Under the pieces are notes generated by a model, which had not been told where the DNA came from, made no database searches, and saw only the letters and a list, made by a program, of their open reading frames with translations. A stretch of DNA of 64,000 bases from an uncultured Clostridia bacterium (GTDB lineage: Bacteria > Bacillota > Clostridia > TANB77 > CAG-508): NCBI GenBank assembly GCA_934177725.1, contig CAKPPO010000006.1, positions 3,045 to 67,044 of the forward strand, in the 5' to 3' direction. Positions 43,638 to 53,227 of the stretch are shown here, in pieces. The position numbers were made by a program, and so were the translations under genes. Within the stretch, counting starts at the first letter, position 1; each line of letters starts with the position of its first letter.

Positions 43638-44870
43638 ATGATAGAAAATTTTGAACAAACGAAGAAAATATTAAAATGTCAGAAGCAAGAACAAATATTA
43701 GAGTATCCAATAAGAAATAAAGAAGAGTTTGCAAATGAAGTTTTAAAAATTAATTTTGAACAATTAAATAAATTATATGATAAAGCAATAAAAAACGAAA
43801 AAGTGGAAAATAGTAAAATTGAACCTATTCCATATATAGAAAAAGATAAGTTAAGTGAAGAAGAAAAAGAACATTATAAAAAAATAGGTGAAAATATAAT
43901 AAGAAATAATGAGTATGCAGTAGTAACAATGGCAGGAGGTCAAGGTAGTAGACTAGGTCATGATGGACCAAAAGGTACTTTTGATTTTGGATTAGAAAAT
44001 CATAAAAGTATTTTTGAAGTATTATGTGATAGATTAAAAGAAGCTTATAATAAATATAATGTTTATATCCCATGGTATATAATGACTAGTAGACAAAACA
44101 ATGAAGAAACAATTAATTTCTTTGAAAAAAATAATTATTTTGGCTACTCAAAAGAAAATGTCTATTTTTTTAAACAAGGTGAATTGCCAGTATTAAATGA
44201 TCAAGGAAAATTAATGTTAAATAAGGAAGGAAATATAAATACTGCAGCAGATGGACATGGTGGAATTTTTGTTTCTATGGAAAAAGAAAAAATAACAGAA
44301 AATATGAAACAAAGAGGAATTAAATGGGTATTTATAGGTCCAGTAGATAATGTTCTAATAAAAATGGTAGATCCAATTTTTATAGGAATATGTCAAGATA
44401 AAAATATGTTAGCAGGTGGAAAAAGCATAATAAAAGCATATCCAGAAGAAAGAGTAGGAGTATTTTGTAAAAAAGACGGAAAACCGGATGTAATAGAATA
44501 TACTGAAATTTCAAAAGAAATGGCAGAAATGAAAAATGACAAAGGAGAATTAGTTTATGCAGAATCTCACATAAATTGTAATGTGTTTAACATTGATATA
44601 ATTGAGAAGATAAGCAAAAATAAATTACCATATCATAGTGCTCATAAAAAAATAGAATATTTAAATAAAGAAGGACAAGTAGTAAAACCAGAAGAACCAA
44701 ATGCTTATAAATTTGAAGCTTTCATATTTGATGCATTTAAGATGTTAGATGAAATGACAATATTTAGAGTAAAAAGAGAAGAAGAATTTGCTCCAATAAA
44801 AAATGCAGAAGGAAAAGATAGTCCTGAAACAGCATTAGAATTATATAAAAATTTTTATAGTAATAGATAG
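43638..44870 (+). CDS. UDPGP-family nucleotide-sugar pyrophosphorylase (UDP-GlcNAc/UDP-Glc pyrophosphorylase-like)
   Basis: MAGGQGSRLG nucleotide-binding loop; eukaryotic-type UAP/UGP fold. Confidence 0.7.
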   Translation: MIENFEQTKKILKCQKQEQILEYPIRNKEEFANEVLKINFEQLNKLYDKAIKNEKVENSKIEPIPYIEKDKLSEEEKEHYKKIGENIIRNNEYAVVTMAGGQGSRLGHDGPKGTFDFGLENHKSIFEVLCDRLKEAYNKYNVYIPWYIMTSRQNNEETINFFEKNNYFGYSKENVYFFKQGELPVLNDQGKLMLNKEGNINTAADGHGGIFVSMEKEKITENMKQRGIKWVFIGPVDNVLIKMVDPIFIGICQDKNMLAGGKSIIKAYPEERVGVFCKKDGKPDVIEYTEISKEMAEMKNDKGELVYAESHINCNVFNIDIIEKISKNKLPYHSAHKKIEYLNKEGQVVKPEEPNAYKFEAFIFDAFKMLDEMTIFRVKREEEFAPIKNAEGKDSPETALELYKNFYSNR

Positions 44871-44918
44871 GAGGAATTAATTAATTTAATAATTCATTAA
44901 ATTAATTATAGTAGAAAA

Positions 44919-46619
44919 ATGAGTTATAAAGAAAATTATAAAGATTGGTGTGAAAGTTCAATTTTTGATGAAGAAACAAAAAAAGAGTTGTTAGAAATAT
45001 CAAATATCGAAAAAGAAATAGAAGATAGATTTTATAAAGAGTTAGAATTTGGAACAGCAGGATTAAGAGGAATAATGGGTGCAGGCTTAAACAGAATGAA
45101 TAAATATACTGTAGGTAAAGCAACTCAAGGATTAGCAAATTTTATAAAAAGTAAAAATGGTGAGGAAAGAGGAGTTGCAATTTCATATGATTCAAGAAAT
45201 AATTCGAAAGAATTTAGTGAAATTGCAGCGCTATGTTTAAACGCAAATGGAATAAAATCATATGTATTTGATAGATTATCACCAGTTCCAGAGTTATCTT
45301 TTGCTGTAAGAAAATTAAATTGTATAGCAGGAATAATGATAACAGCAAGTCATAATCCACCAAAATACAATGGATATAAAGTATATGGAGAAGATGGTGC
45401 TCAAATAGTTTCTCCTATTGATAAAGAAATAATGCAAGAAGTAAAAAATATTAAAGATTTTGGTGAAGTAAAACAAATTTCCAAAGAAGAAGCAATAAAA
45501 GAAAATCTTTATAATGTTATTGGAGAAGAAATACACACTTTATACATAGAAGAAGTAAAAAAATTATTATTAAATAAAGAAGCAATAAGAAAACAAGAAA
45601 ATTTGAGTATTGTATATACACCACTACATGGAACAGGAAATATTCCAGTACAAAGTGTTTTAAAAGAAATAGGTTTTAAAAATGTTCATATTGTTAAAGA
45701 ACAAGAAATGCCAGATGGAAATTTTCCAACAGTAGATTATCCAAATCCAGAAGATAAAAAAGCATTTAAATTAGCTTTAGAATTAGCTAAAAAAGTGGAA
45801 GCAGAAATTGTGTTAGCAACAGATCCAGATGCAGATAGATTGGGTGTGTTTGTAAAAAATGAAAATGAATATATTCCTTTAACAGGAAATATGTCAGCTC
45901 TTTTAATACTAGAATATATTTTATCTCAAAAGAGTGAAAGAAATATGTTGCCAAAAAATTCAATTGTTGTAAAAAGTATAGTTTCTTCAACAATGGTAAA
46001 ACCAATGGTAGATTTTTATAATGTAAAATTAGAAGAAGTATTAACAGGTTTTAAATACATTGGGGAAAAAATTAAAAAATATGAAGAAGATAAGGATTAT
46101 AATTTTATTTTTGGGTATGAAGAAAGTTATGGATGTTTAGCAGGAACTTATGCGAGAGATAAAGATGGTATTGCAGCAGTAGCTCTTTTATGCGAAGCGA
46201 CAGCCTATTATAAAGAAAATGGAATTTCTTTATGGGAACAAATGCAAAATATTTATAAAAAATATGGATTTTATAAAGAGGGAGTTAAACAAATTACATT
46301 AGAAGGAATAGATGGGGCAGATAAAATAAAAAATATAATGTCTAATTTAAGAGAAAACGCACCAAAGAAATTTGGAAATTTCCAAGTAGAAAAAATTAGA
46401 GATTACGAAAATCAAACTATTTTGGATTTAAAAATAAATACAATAGAAAAAATAGATATGCCAAAATCTAATGTTTTATATTATGTACTTTCAAATGATG
46501 CATGGCTTGCAGTTAGACCTTCAGGAACAGAACCTAAAATTAAATATTATATAGGAGTTAAAGGTAATTCACAAGAAGAAGCGGATAAAATGTTAGAAGA
46601 ATTAGGAAATAATATATAA
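44919..46619 (+). CDS. pgcA: Phosphoglucomutase/phosphomannomutase family protein
   Basis: Active-site TASHNPPKYNGYK. Confidence 0.85.
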   Translation: MSYKENYKDWCESSIFDEETKKELLEISNIEKEIEDRFYKELEFGTAGLRGIMGAGLNRMNKYTVGKATQGLANFIKSKNGEERGVAISYDSRNNSKEFSEIAALCLNANGIKSYVFDRLSPVPELSFAVRKLNCIAGIMITASHNPPKYNGYKVYGEDGAQIVSPIDKEIMQEVKNIKDFGEVKQISKEEAIKENLYNVIGEEIHTLYIEEVKKLLLNKEAIRKQENLSIVYTPLHGTGNIPVQSVLKEIGFKNVHIVKEQEMPDGNFPTVDYPNPEDKKAFKLALELAKKVEAEIVLATDPDADRLGVFVKNENEYIPLTGNMSALLILEYILSQKSERNMLPKNSIVVKSIVSSTMVKPMVDFYNVKLEEVLTGFKYIGEKIKKYEEDKDYNFIFGYEESYGCLAGTYARDKDGIAAVALLCEATAYYKENGISLWEQMQNIYKKYGFYKEGVKQITLEGIDGADKIKNIMSNLRENAPKKFGNFQVEKIRDYENQTILDLKINTIEKIDMPKSNVLYYVLSNDAWLAVRPSGTEPKIKYYIGVKGNSQEEADKMLEELGNNI

Positions 46620-46627
46620 AATAAATA

Positions 46628-46690
46628 TGGCGAGCCTTAGATTTTCTTAAAATTTTCATTTGATAGAAAATCTTAGGCTCGCTTTTTTAT
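46628..46690 (+). terminator. Rho-independent terminator after pgm
   Basis: ggcgagccttagattttc...gaaaatcttaggctcgc long hairpin followed by TTTTTTATTTT. Confidence 0.6.
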
Positions 46691-46779
46691 TTTAAAAATA
46701 TTGACAAAGTGATATTAAATATGATACTATAATTATAGTCTTTTAGAGGCATCTAATTCTTACGAAAGGAGGAATAAGA

Positions 46780-47008
46780 ATGCCGGATATCAACAAGATT
46801 GTACAAAAGATGAAAAGACAGCCAAATGGAATAAGATTTCAAGAATTGGCAAAAGTATTAGAATATAATGGATATACAATGAAATCAAAGAGACGGAACA
46901 TCTCATAGGAATTTTATAAACGCAGCAGGAGATGTTATCACGATTAAGGAAGACAACCCTCTAAAAGCTGTTTATGTGAAAGATGTACTTAAAAGAATAG
47001 GCGAATAA
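46780..47008 (+). pseudogene. hicA: HicA-family toxin (mRNA interferase), frameshifted
   Basis: Frame 1 (46780..46908) gives MPDINKIVQKMKRQPNGIRFQELAKVLEYNGYTMKSKRRNIS*. The +1 frame continues DGTSHRNFINAAGDVITIKEDNPLKAVYVKDVLKRIGE to 47008. Together they read as a HicA domain (...G-SH-..F). RBS AAAGGAGG. Confidence 0.5.
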
Positions 47009-47065
47009 AAGTCTATTCTTTGAGTATAATTATTAATAAATAAAAGGAATAAGGAGGTACCTTTT

Positions 47066-47413
47066 ATGAAAAAAGTAAAAGACTATATGAAGTTACCATA
47101 TAATTATATTATTCAACATGTAGAAGATGAAAGTGGAAAGTACTATTATGCAAAAGTATTAGAACTAGATGGATGCCAAAGTACAGGTGAAACATTTGAA
47201 GAAGCATATAATAATTTAAAAGAGGCTATGGAAGGATGGATAGAGACAAAAATAGAAAATGGTTTTGAAATTCCAATGCCAGTAGGATACGAAGATTTTA
47301 GTGGAAAATTTATAGTGAGGATACCAAAGTCATTACATTATAAATTAACTATAGAAGCAAAACAAGAAGGAATATCATTAAATCAATATGCATTATATAA
47401 ATTGAGTCATTAG
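47066..47413 (+). CDS. hicB: HicB-family antitoxin (UPF0150 N-domain plus C-terminal RHH)
   Basis: YYYAKVLELDGCQSTGETFEEAYNNLKEAMEGWIE...IPMP, and a C-terminal ribbon-helix-helix IPKSLHYKLTIEAKQEGISLNQYALYKL. Confidence 0.7.
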   Translation: MKKVKDYMKLPYNYIIQHVEDESGKYYYAKVLELDGCQSTGETFEEAYNNLKEAMEGWIETKIENGFEIPMPVGYEDFSGKFIVRIPKSLHYKLTIEAKQEGISLNQYALYKLSH

Positions 47414-47471
47414 GCTTTCACATAAAATATAAGTAGAAAGTAGTTTATCAAAACTGATAAACTACTTTCTA

Positions 47472-48182
47472 CTATTCATGCCATCCTTTTAAATGATTTC
47501 TTTTAATAACTCCAAGTAAATTTGCTCTACACATAGGGATATCCATATTTAAATTATTTAATAAATTTTTCATATATTCTCTTTTTGAAACACCATCCAT
47601 AGGACAAGCCTTTTTCATTACCTCGATATTCTCTCTTTTAACAAATTTTCTAATTTCCTTTTCTGGTGTATAAATTAAAGGTCTAATAACTGTTATTTTA
47701 GATCTATCCATATAAGATGTAGGTCCAAATGTAGAGAAAGATCCAGTTAATAACAAATTCATTAAAAATGTTTCTAATGCATCATCTTCATTATGGCCTA
47801 AAGCAATTTTATTACAACCTTCTCTAACTGCAACTGAATTTAAAATACCTCTTCTAATATTTGCACATAAAGAACAAGGTCTTTTTTCTTCTCTTATATC
47901 AAATACAATTTGCTTAATATCGCTGTTTTCTATAATTAATGGAACACCAATATCATCACATACTTTTTGTAAAAAATCACAATTAAAAAATTCAAATCCA
48001 GGATTTACACTAACTGCAATTATCTCAAAGTCTTTATCAAAATAAGTTTGAAGTTGTTTTAATCCCATAAGCATTGTTATTGAATCTTTTCCACCAGATA
48101 AGCATACAGCAATTTTATCGCCATCTTGAATCATATCATACGCACGGATTGCTTTTCTAATATAACTTAATATCTTTTGCAT
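47472..48182 (-). CDS. ttcA: PP-loop ATPase, TtcA-like tRNA 2-thiocytidine biosynthesis protein
   Basis: SGGKDS PP-loop and CSLC/CPMD cysteine motifs. Confidence 0.65.
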   Translation of the reverse strand: MQKILSYIRKAIRAYDMIQDGDKIAVCLSGGKDSITMLMGLKQLQTYFDKDFEIIAVSVNPGFEFFNCDFLQKVCDDIGVPLIIENSDIKQIVFDIREEKRPCSLCANIRRGILNSVAVREGCNKIALGHNEDDALETFLMNLLLTGSFSTFGPTSYMDRSKITVIRPLIYTPEKEIRKFVKRENIEVMKKACPMDGVSKREYMKNLLNNLNMDIPMCRANLLGVIKRNHLKGWHE

Positions 48183-48330
48183 AATAATTTTCCTCTCCTT
48201 ACTTTATTTAAAAGTGCATATATTAATAAAAATAAATTATTTTTTCCTAAAAACAGAACAATTATAACACAAAAATAGTAAAAATCCAATTGCTTTTTTA
48301 AATAAATTATAGTAAAATAGTAAAGTAAAT

Positions 48331-48407
48331 GTTCCAGTAGCTCAGTAGGATAGAGCGACAGTTTCCTAAACTGCAGGTCGGGGGTTCGATTCCCTTCTGG
48401 AACACCA
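48331..48407 (+). tRNA. tRNA-Arg (anticodon CCT), with encoded CCA
   Basis: Acceptor GTTCCAG/CTGGAAC, D-arm GCTC...GAGC, anticodon loop TTCCTAA, T-loop GGTTCGATTCC. Confidence 0.8.
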
Positions 48408-48458
48408 TTTTTATGTAGTAGGAATTTCTATTTTATTTGGCTTAAATGGAGGTAACAT

Positions 48459-48914
48459 ATGCCAGAAAAATTTATGAAAGAAGCTATAAAAGAGGCAAAA
48501 AAAGCATATGAAAAAGATGAGGTGCCAGTAGGAGCAGTAATTGTAAAAGACGGAAAAATAATAGCAAGAGCACATAATTTAAAAGAAAAAAAAATAGATA
48601 CAACATGTCATGCCGAAATTTTAGCAATAAAAAAAGCAAGTAAAAAATTAAATAGTTGGCGTTTAGAAAATTGCGAAATGTATGTAACACTAGAACCTTG
48701 TTCTATGTGTGCAGGTGCGTTAATTCAATCCAGAATAAAAAAAGTATATATAGGTACTATGGATTATAAAACTGGGGCATGTGGAAGTGTTTTTAATTTA
48801 TTAGAAGATTATACTTTTAATCATAAAGTAGAATGTGAAACAGGAATTTTAAAAGAAGAGTGTGAAAAAATTTTACAAGATTTTTTTAAAGAATTAAGAA
48901 AAAAGAAAAAATAA
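48459..48914 (+). CDS. tadA: tRNA-specific adenosine deaminase TadA
   Basis: HAE and PCxMC zinc-binding motifs (CHAEILAI, EPCSMCAGAL). Confidence 0.9.
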   Translation: MPEKFMKEAIKEAKKAYEKDEVPVGAVIVKDGKIIARAHNLKEKKIDTTCHAEILAIKKASKKLNSWRLENCEMYVTLEPCSMCAGALIQSRIKKVYIGTMDYKTGACGSVFNLLEDYTFNHKVECETGILKEECEKILQDFFKELRKKKK

Positions 48915-48952
48915 TATATCATAAGTGGACAACTTATGAATATATATAAATA

Positions 48953-48983
48953 AAAAACAGCTCTATTAATAGAGCTGTTTGGA
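48953..48983. terminator. Bidirectional terminator hairpin
   Basis: aaacagctctattaatagagctgttt. Confidence 0.5.
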
Positions 48984-48987
48984 GGAC

Positions 48988-49128
48988 TTATACTGTTCTT
49001 CTCCATTTACGTTTCTGCTTTTCAGCTACATAAGTATTTTGCCGTTTAGTATCAACTATTCTTTTATTAGAGATAGGTGAAATAGGTAAAAATGGATTAA
49101 CAGGGTGTCTACGCATTTGTCTATTCAT
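48988..49128 (-). CDS. Small basic protein, 46 aa, hypothetical
   Basis: MNRQMRRHPVNPFLPISPISNKRIVDTKRQNTYVAEKQKRKWRRTV with RBS GGAGGT 6 nt upstream. Below the ORF-track cutoff. Confidence 0.3.
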   Translation of the reverse strand: MNRQMRRHPVNPFLPISPISNKRIVDTKRQNTYVAEKQKRKWRRTV

Positions 49129-49214
49129 ACAAATACCTCCTAAATATTTTTAAGCATTATAACACCTATTTGTATGAAAGGCAATAAAACTAAAGAAAAT
49201 GTGAGGTAATTAAT

Positions 49215-49967
49215 TTGGGAGAAAATAGAAAAAAGGAAATAATAAAAGCTTTTATTGCTATAACATGTATTATATTAGTTATAATAGTAGTAGCTTTAAT
49301 TAATTTTAAATACAATGTTGAGGGTGAAACAAATATGCCTTTTACACTTTCAAAAATAACAATTGTTAGCACAGCAGAAGGTGTTGAAAATGAAGGAACA
49401 GAAGAAAAATGGAATTTATCAATTTTTCAAAATAATGATGTATACTTTTCAATAGAAAAAAATGAAAATAATAAAGAAGATGAAATAATACAAAGTATTT
49501 CAATAGAAAATATACAAGTAACAAAAGCACCAAATATTGGAGAAATTAAAACATATATGCCAAATAGCTCAGAAGGAAGAACTTTTGCAATGAAAGATGA
49601 ATATGTAGTTCCAGAAGGAAAATTAACATTTAAAGGAGCTAGCAAAAGTAATTCTAAAACATTAGAAATAGGAAACCAAGGGGGAACAGCAGTAGTAAGG
49701 TTTGCAAACACAGGTCTTGGAAAATATATTTCTGATGAAGATGAAGAAATAGTTCATAATGGTAGTTTAATTTCTAAAACAGAAGCAAAAGATGAAGACT
49801 TAGAATTTACAGTAACTTTTGATTTTATAATAAATTTAAGAGATAAAAGTTATGTATCAAAAATTTCTTTAACAATGCCTTGTTCTGAAAATTTAATAGA
49901 AGAAGGTACTAGTAGCAAAGAAATAAAAGATAAGTTTGTTTTTAAAAGATTAGTAAATAAAGAATAG
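49215..49967 (+). CDS. Membrane-anchored hypothetical protein, 250 aa
   Basis: N-terminal TM helix (IIKAFIAITCIILVIIVVALI), RBS GAGGT, TTG start. Confidence 0.4.
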   Translation: MGENRKKEIIKAFIAITCIILVIIVVALINFKYNVEGETNMPFTLSKITIVSTAEGVENEGTEEKWNLSIFQNNDVYFSIEKNENNKEDEIIQSISIENIQVTKAPNIGEIKTYMPNSSEGRTFAMKDEYVVPEGKLTFKGASKSNSKTLEIGNQGGTAVVRFANTGLGKYISDEDEEIVHNGSLISKTEAKDEDLEFTVTFDFIINLRDKSYVSKISLTMPCSENLIEEGTSSKEIKDKFVFKRLVNKE

Positions 49968-50013
49968 TATTTTAAAATAAAAAGTACATAGTAGAAAATT
50001 AGATAAAAAACAC

Positions 50014-50042
50014 TTGTCAACAATGTAAAATAAGTATATAAT
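50014..50042 (+). promoter_or_regulatory. Sigma-A promoter for SRP RNA
   Basis: TTGTCA, a 17-nt spacer, then TATAAT. Confidence 0.55.
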
Positions 50043-50045
50043 ACA

Positions 50046-50198
50046 AAAGGTATAAGAATTAAATTCGTTTTTGTATGGAGGATATTCAATGTAAGCCTAT
50101 GAATCTTGTCAGGTCCGGAAGGAAGCAGCAATAAGTAGTCACTTATGTGTGAAATATCTTCCATAGAGAAACGAAAATAAAAATTCTTATACCTTTTT
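50046..50198 (+). ncRNA. ffs: Signal recognition particle RNA (4.5S / small SRP RNA)
   Basis: Conserved domain IV GTCAGGTCCGGAAGGAAGCAGC at 50108-50129. Long terminal helix aaaggtataagaatt/aattcttatacctttt, followed by a T-run. Position between tadA and dnaX as in B. subtilis. Confidence 0.8.
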
Positions 50199-50290
50199 AA
50201 AAATTAAAACAGATGTGGTAGAATTTAGAATTTCTAAAAGTTTTGTTAAACAGAAATTCTTTGCTATAGTCTTTTATAGGGGTGAAAAAG

Positions 50291-51934
50291 ATGGCATATA
50301 CAGCATTATATAGAAAATTCAGACCAACAACATTTGAAGAAATGGTAGGTCAAGAACATATAACTAAAACATTAAGAAATCAAATTATTGCAGGAAGAGT
50401 TGGACATGCTTATTTATTAAATGGAGGTAGAGGAACAGGAAAAACATCTACAGCCAAAATTTTAGCTAGAGCAATAAATTGCTTAAATCCTAAGGATGGG
50501 GAACCATGTAATGAATGTGAAATTTGCAAAGAAGCCTTAAATGGTAGCTTAACAGATATAGTTGAAATGGATGCTGCGTCAAACAATAGTGTAGAAGACA
50601 TTAGACAAATACGTGACGAAGTAAATTTTTTACCAACCAAAGCAAAATATAGAGTATATATTATAGATGAGGTTCATATGCTTTCAACAGGAGCTTTTAA
50701 TGCACTTTTGAAAACACTAGAAGAACCACCAGAACATGTAAAATTTATTTTAGCAACAACAGAACCACAAAAAATACCAGCAACAATACTTTCAAGATGT
50801 CAACGTTTTGATTTCAAAAAAATATCAGAAGAAGATATAGAAAAAAGATTAAAAATAGTTTGCAAAGAAAGTAATATAGAAATTACAGAAGAAGCACTTA
50901 AAGTAATAGCATTTTTAGCAGAAGGTGCTATGAGGGATGCATTAAGTATATTAGAAAGATGTATTCAAGATGGCGATTCAAAAATTGATGAAGAAAAAGT
51001 AAAAGATTTAGTAGGAATACCAAAATTAACATATATTTATCAAATAACAAAAGCAATAATAGAATATAATTCAGAAGAAGCGCTAAATGCTATAGAAGAA
51101 GTTATTAAAGAGGGGAAAGATTTAACAAATTTATTGTGGGAAACAATAAGATATGTAAGAGACATTTTAATATATAAAACAAGTAAAAATACATCTATTT
51201 ATAATAAAGAAGAAATAGAAAAAATAAATGAATTATCTACAAAAGTTGAAAAAGATAGATTGTTAAATATAATTTATGAACTTTCAAATTTAGAAAATGA
51301 AATGAAGTGGTCTACACAAAAAACAATTTTGTTCCAAGTAGGAATTTTAAAGTTATGTGCAGGTGAAGTAAGCAGTATTTCAGGAAATGTAGATAATTCA
51401 CAAATTAATGAATTGAAAAATAAAATAGCAGCATTAGAAAGTCAAATAAGGCAAATTACAAGTGGAAGTATCCACATAAAATCACAAAATGTGGATAACA
51501 CTCCTAAATATTCCGTAAATTATGAAAATAAAAAAGAGGAAAAAGTATTAGACACACAAAAAGAGGTAAAACCAAGTTATAATATTAAGGCAGGAAGCGG
51601 AATTAAGGCATGGCCAGAAATTGTTGCAAATTTAAAACAAGAGGGAAAAATAATGTTATATACAAATTTAATGAATTCTAATGCAGAAGAATTAAATGAT
51701 ATGACAATAGGAATTTCATTCCCTAGAGGTTTGACTCCATTTGGTAAAACAATTCTAGAAAAAAGCGAAAATGTTCAAGAGCTTGAAAAGAGAATTTCTG
51801 TGCAATATGGAAAGCCGATGAGAGTAAAATATATACAAGATAATCAAGAAAGTAAAAAGGAAGAAAAACCACAGGCAAGTGAATTTGAATCATTAGCACA
51901 TGATATGGATTTACCTTTTAATATCATAGATTAA
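50291..51934 (+). CDS. dnaX: DNA polymerase III subunit gamma/tau
   Basis: MAYTALYRKFRP...GTGKTS clamp-loader AAA+ motifs. ATG at 50291 after AGGGGTGA; the ORF track begins at the GTG at 50282. Confidence 0.9.
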   Translation: MAYTALYRKFRPTTFEEMVGQEHITKTLRNQIIAGRVGHAYLLNGGRGTGKTSTAKILARAINCLNPKDGEPCNECEICKEALNGSLTDIVEMDAASNNSVEDIRQIRDEVNFLPTKAKYRVYIIDEVHMLSTGAFNALLKTLEEPPEHVKFILATTEPQKIPATILSRCQRFDFKKISEEDIEKRLKIVCKESNIEITEEALKVIAFLAEGAMRDALSILERCIQDGDSKIDEEKVKDLVGIPKLTYIYQITKAIIEYNSEEALNAIEEVIKEGKDLTNLLWETIRYVRDILIYKTSKNTSIYNKEEIEKINELSTKVEKDRLLNIIYELSNLENEMKWSTQKTILFQVGILKLCAGEVSSISGNVDNSQINELKNKIAALESQIRQITSGSIHIKSQNVDNTPKYSVNYENKKEEKVLDTQKEVKPSYNIKAGSGIKAWPEIVANLKQEGKIMLYTNLMNSNAEELNDMTIGISFPRGLTPFGKTILEKSENVQELEKRISVQYGKPMRVKYIQDNQESKKEEKPQASEFESLAHDMDLPFNIID

Positions 51935-51995
51935 AGAATAAAAGTTTATAGGTAACTTTTAAAACCTAAATATTATTATACAAGGAGAGAATACA

Positions 51996-52340
51996 ATGTC
52001 AAAAAGAGGAGGATTCCCAGGAGGTATGGGAGGATTTGGAGGAATGAATCTAAATCAATTAATGAAAGAAGCAAAAAAAATGCAAGCTGATATGGAAAAA
52101 TCACAAGAAGAATTAGGAGCAAAAGAATTTGAAGCAACAGCAGGCGGCGGAGCAGTTTCAGTTAAAGTATCAGGAAATAAAGAAATAAAAGAAATAAATA
52201 TAAAAAAAGAAGTAGTAGATCCAGATGATGTAGAAATGTTACAAGATTTAATTTTAACATGTGTAAATGAAGCTTTAAGAAAAGTAGATAGTGCACAAGC
52301 AGCAAGTTTAGGTAAATACAATATTCCTGGATTAATGTAA
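51996..52340 (+). CDS. ybaB: Nucleoid-associated protein YbaB/EbfC
   Basis: 114 aa; [10 protein letters not shown]...LMKEAKKMQ signature. Confidence 0.9.
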   Translation: MSKRGGFPGGMGGFGGMNLNQLMKEAKKMQADMEKSQEELGAKEFEATAGGGAVSVKVSGNKEIKEINIKKEVVDPDDVEMLQDLILTCVNEALRKVDSAQAASLGKYNIPGLM

Positions 52341-52360
52341 TTAAAAGAGGAGTATAAAAC

Positions 52361-52960
52361 ATGTCATATTATTCACCATCAATTGAAAAATTAATTGAAG
52401 CATTTGAAAGATTACCTAGTATAGGAAATAAAACAGCTGCAAGACTTGCATTTTATATGCTAGATAGATCTGAAGAAGAAGTAAATGAATTTGTTTCAGC
52501 AATTGTAAATGCAAAAAAGAATTTGAAATATTGTTCAAAATGCTTTAATATATCAGATACAGATCCATGTAATATTTGCGGAAATCCTAAAAGGGACCCA
52601 AGTACTATATGTGTTGTAGAAGATGTAAAAGATGTAATTGCAATGGAAAGAACACATGAATTTAAAGGTTTATATCATGTATTACATGGCTCAATTTCAC
52701 CAATGAATGGAATAGGACCAGACGATATAAAAATAAAAGAACTTTTATCAAGACTTATGGAAGGTGAAGTTAAAGAAATTATTTTAGCTACAAATCCTAG
52801 AGTTGAAGGTGAAGCGACTGCAATGTATATTTCAAAACTAGTAAAGCCATTAGGAGTAAAAGTTACTAGAATAGCACATGGAATTCCTGTAGGTGGAGAC
52901 TTGGAATATACAGATGAAGTAACATTAAGCAAAGCATTAGAAGGAAGAAGAGAATTATAA
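52361..52960 (+). CDS. recR: Recombination protein RecR
   Basis: HhH N-terminus, C4 zinc finger [16 protein letters not shown], and a Toprim domain. Confidence 0.9.
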   Translation: MSYYSPSIEKLIEAFERLPSIGNKTAARLAFYMLDRSEEEVNEFVSAIVNAKKNLKYCSKCFNISDTDPCNICGNPKRDPSTICVVEDVKDVIAMERTHEFKGLYHVLHGSISPMNGIGPDDIKIKELLSRLMEGEVKEIILATNPRVEGEATAMYISKLVKPLGVKVTRIAHGIPVGGDLEYTDEVTLSKALEGRREL

Positions 52961-53227
52961 AATAAAAAAGAAAATTATACTAGGGAGACTTTAGTAAAGA
53001 CTAAATAGTTTTTATTAAAGTTTTTTTCTTTGTAAAAAAGTAAATAAAATGTAAAGAAAATGTAAAATAATAAAATAAAAAGTCGAAACTGGACATTCCG
53101 TAAATAATTGTAATCTTATAAATATTATAGGAAAAAATAACCTGTTTACTTAGGTTTTATTGCATAGTAAAATATAAATATATAAGATTAATAAATTGTT
53201 TTAATAAGTAAGTGAAAGGTGATAAGT

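Noticed and set aside
49850-50164. Minus-strand 104-aa ORF
   Set aside because: It overlaps the SRP RNA gene and its promoter, and has no RBS.
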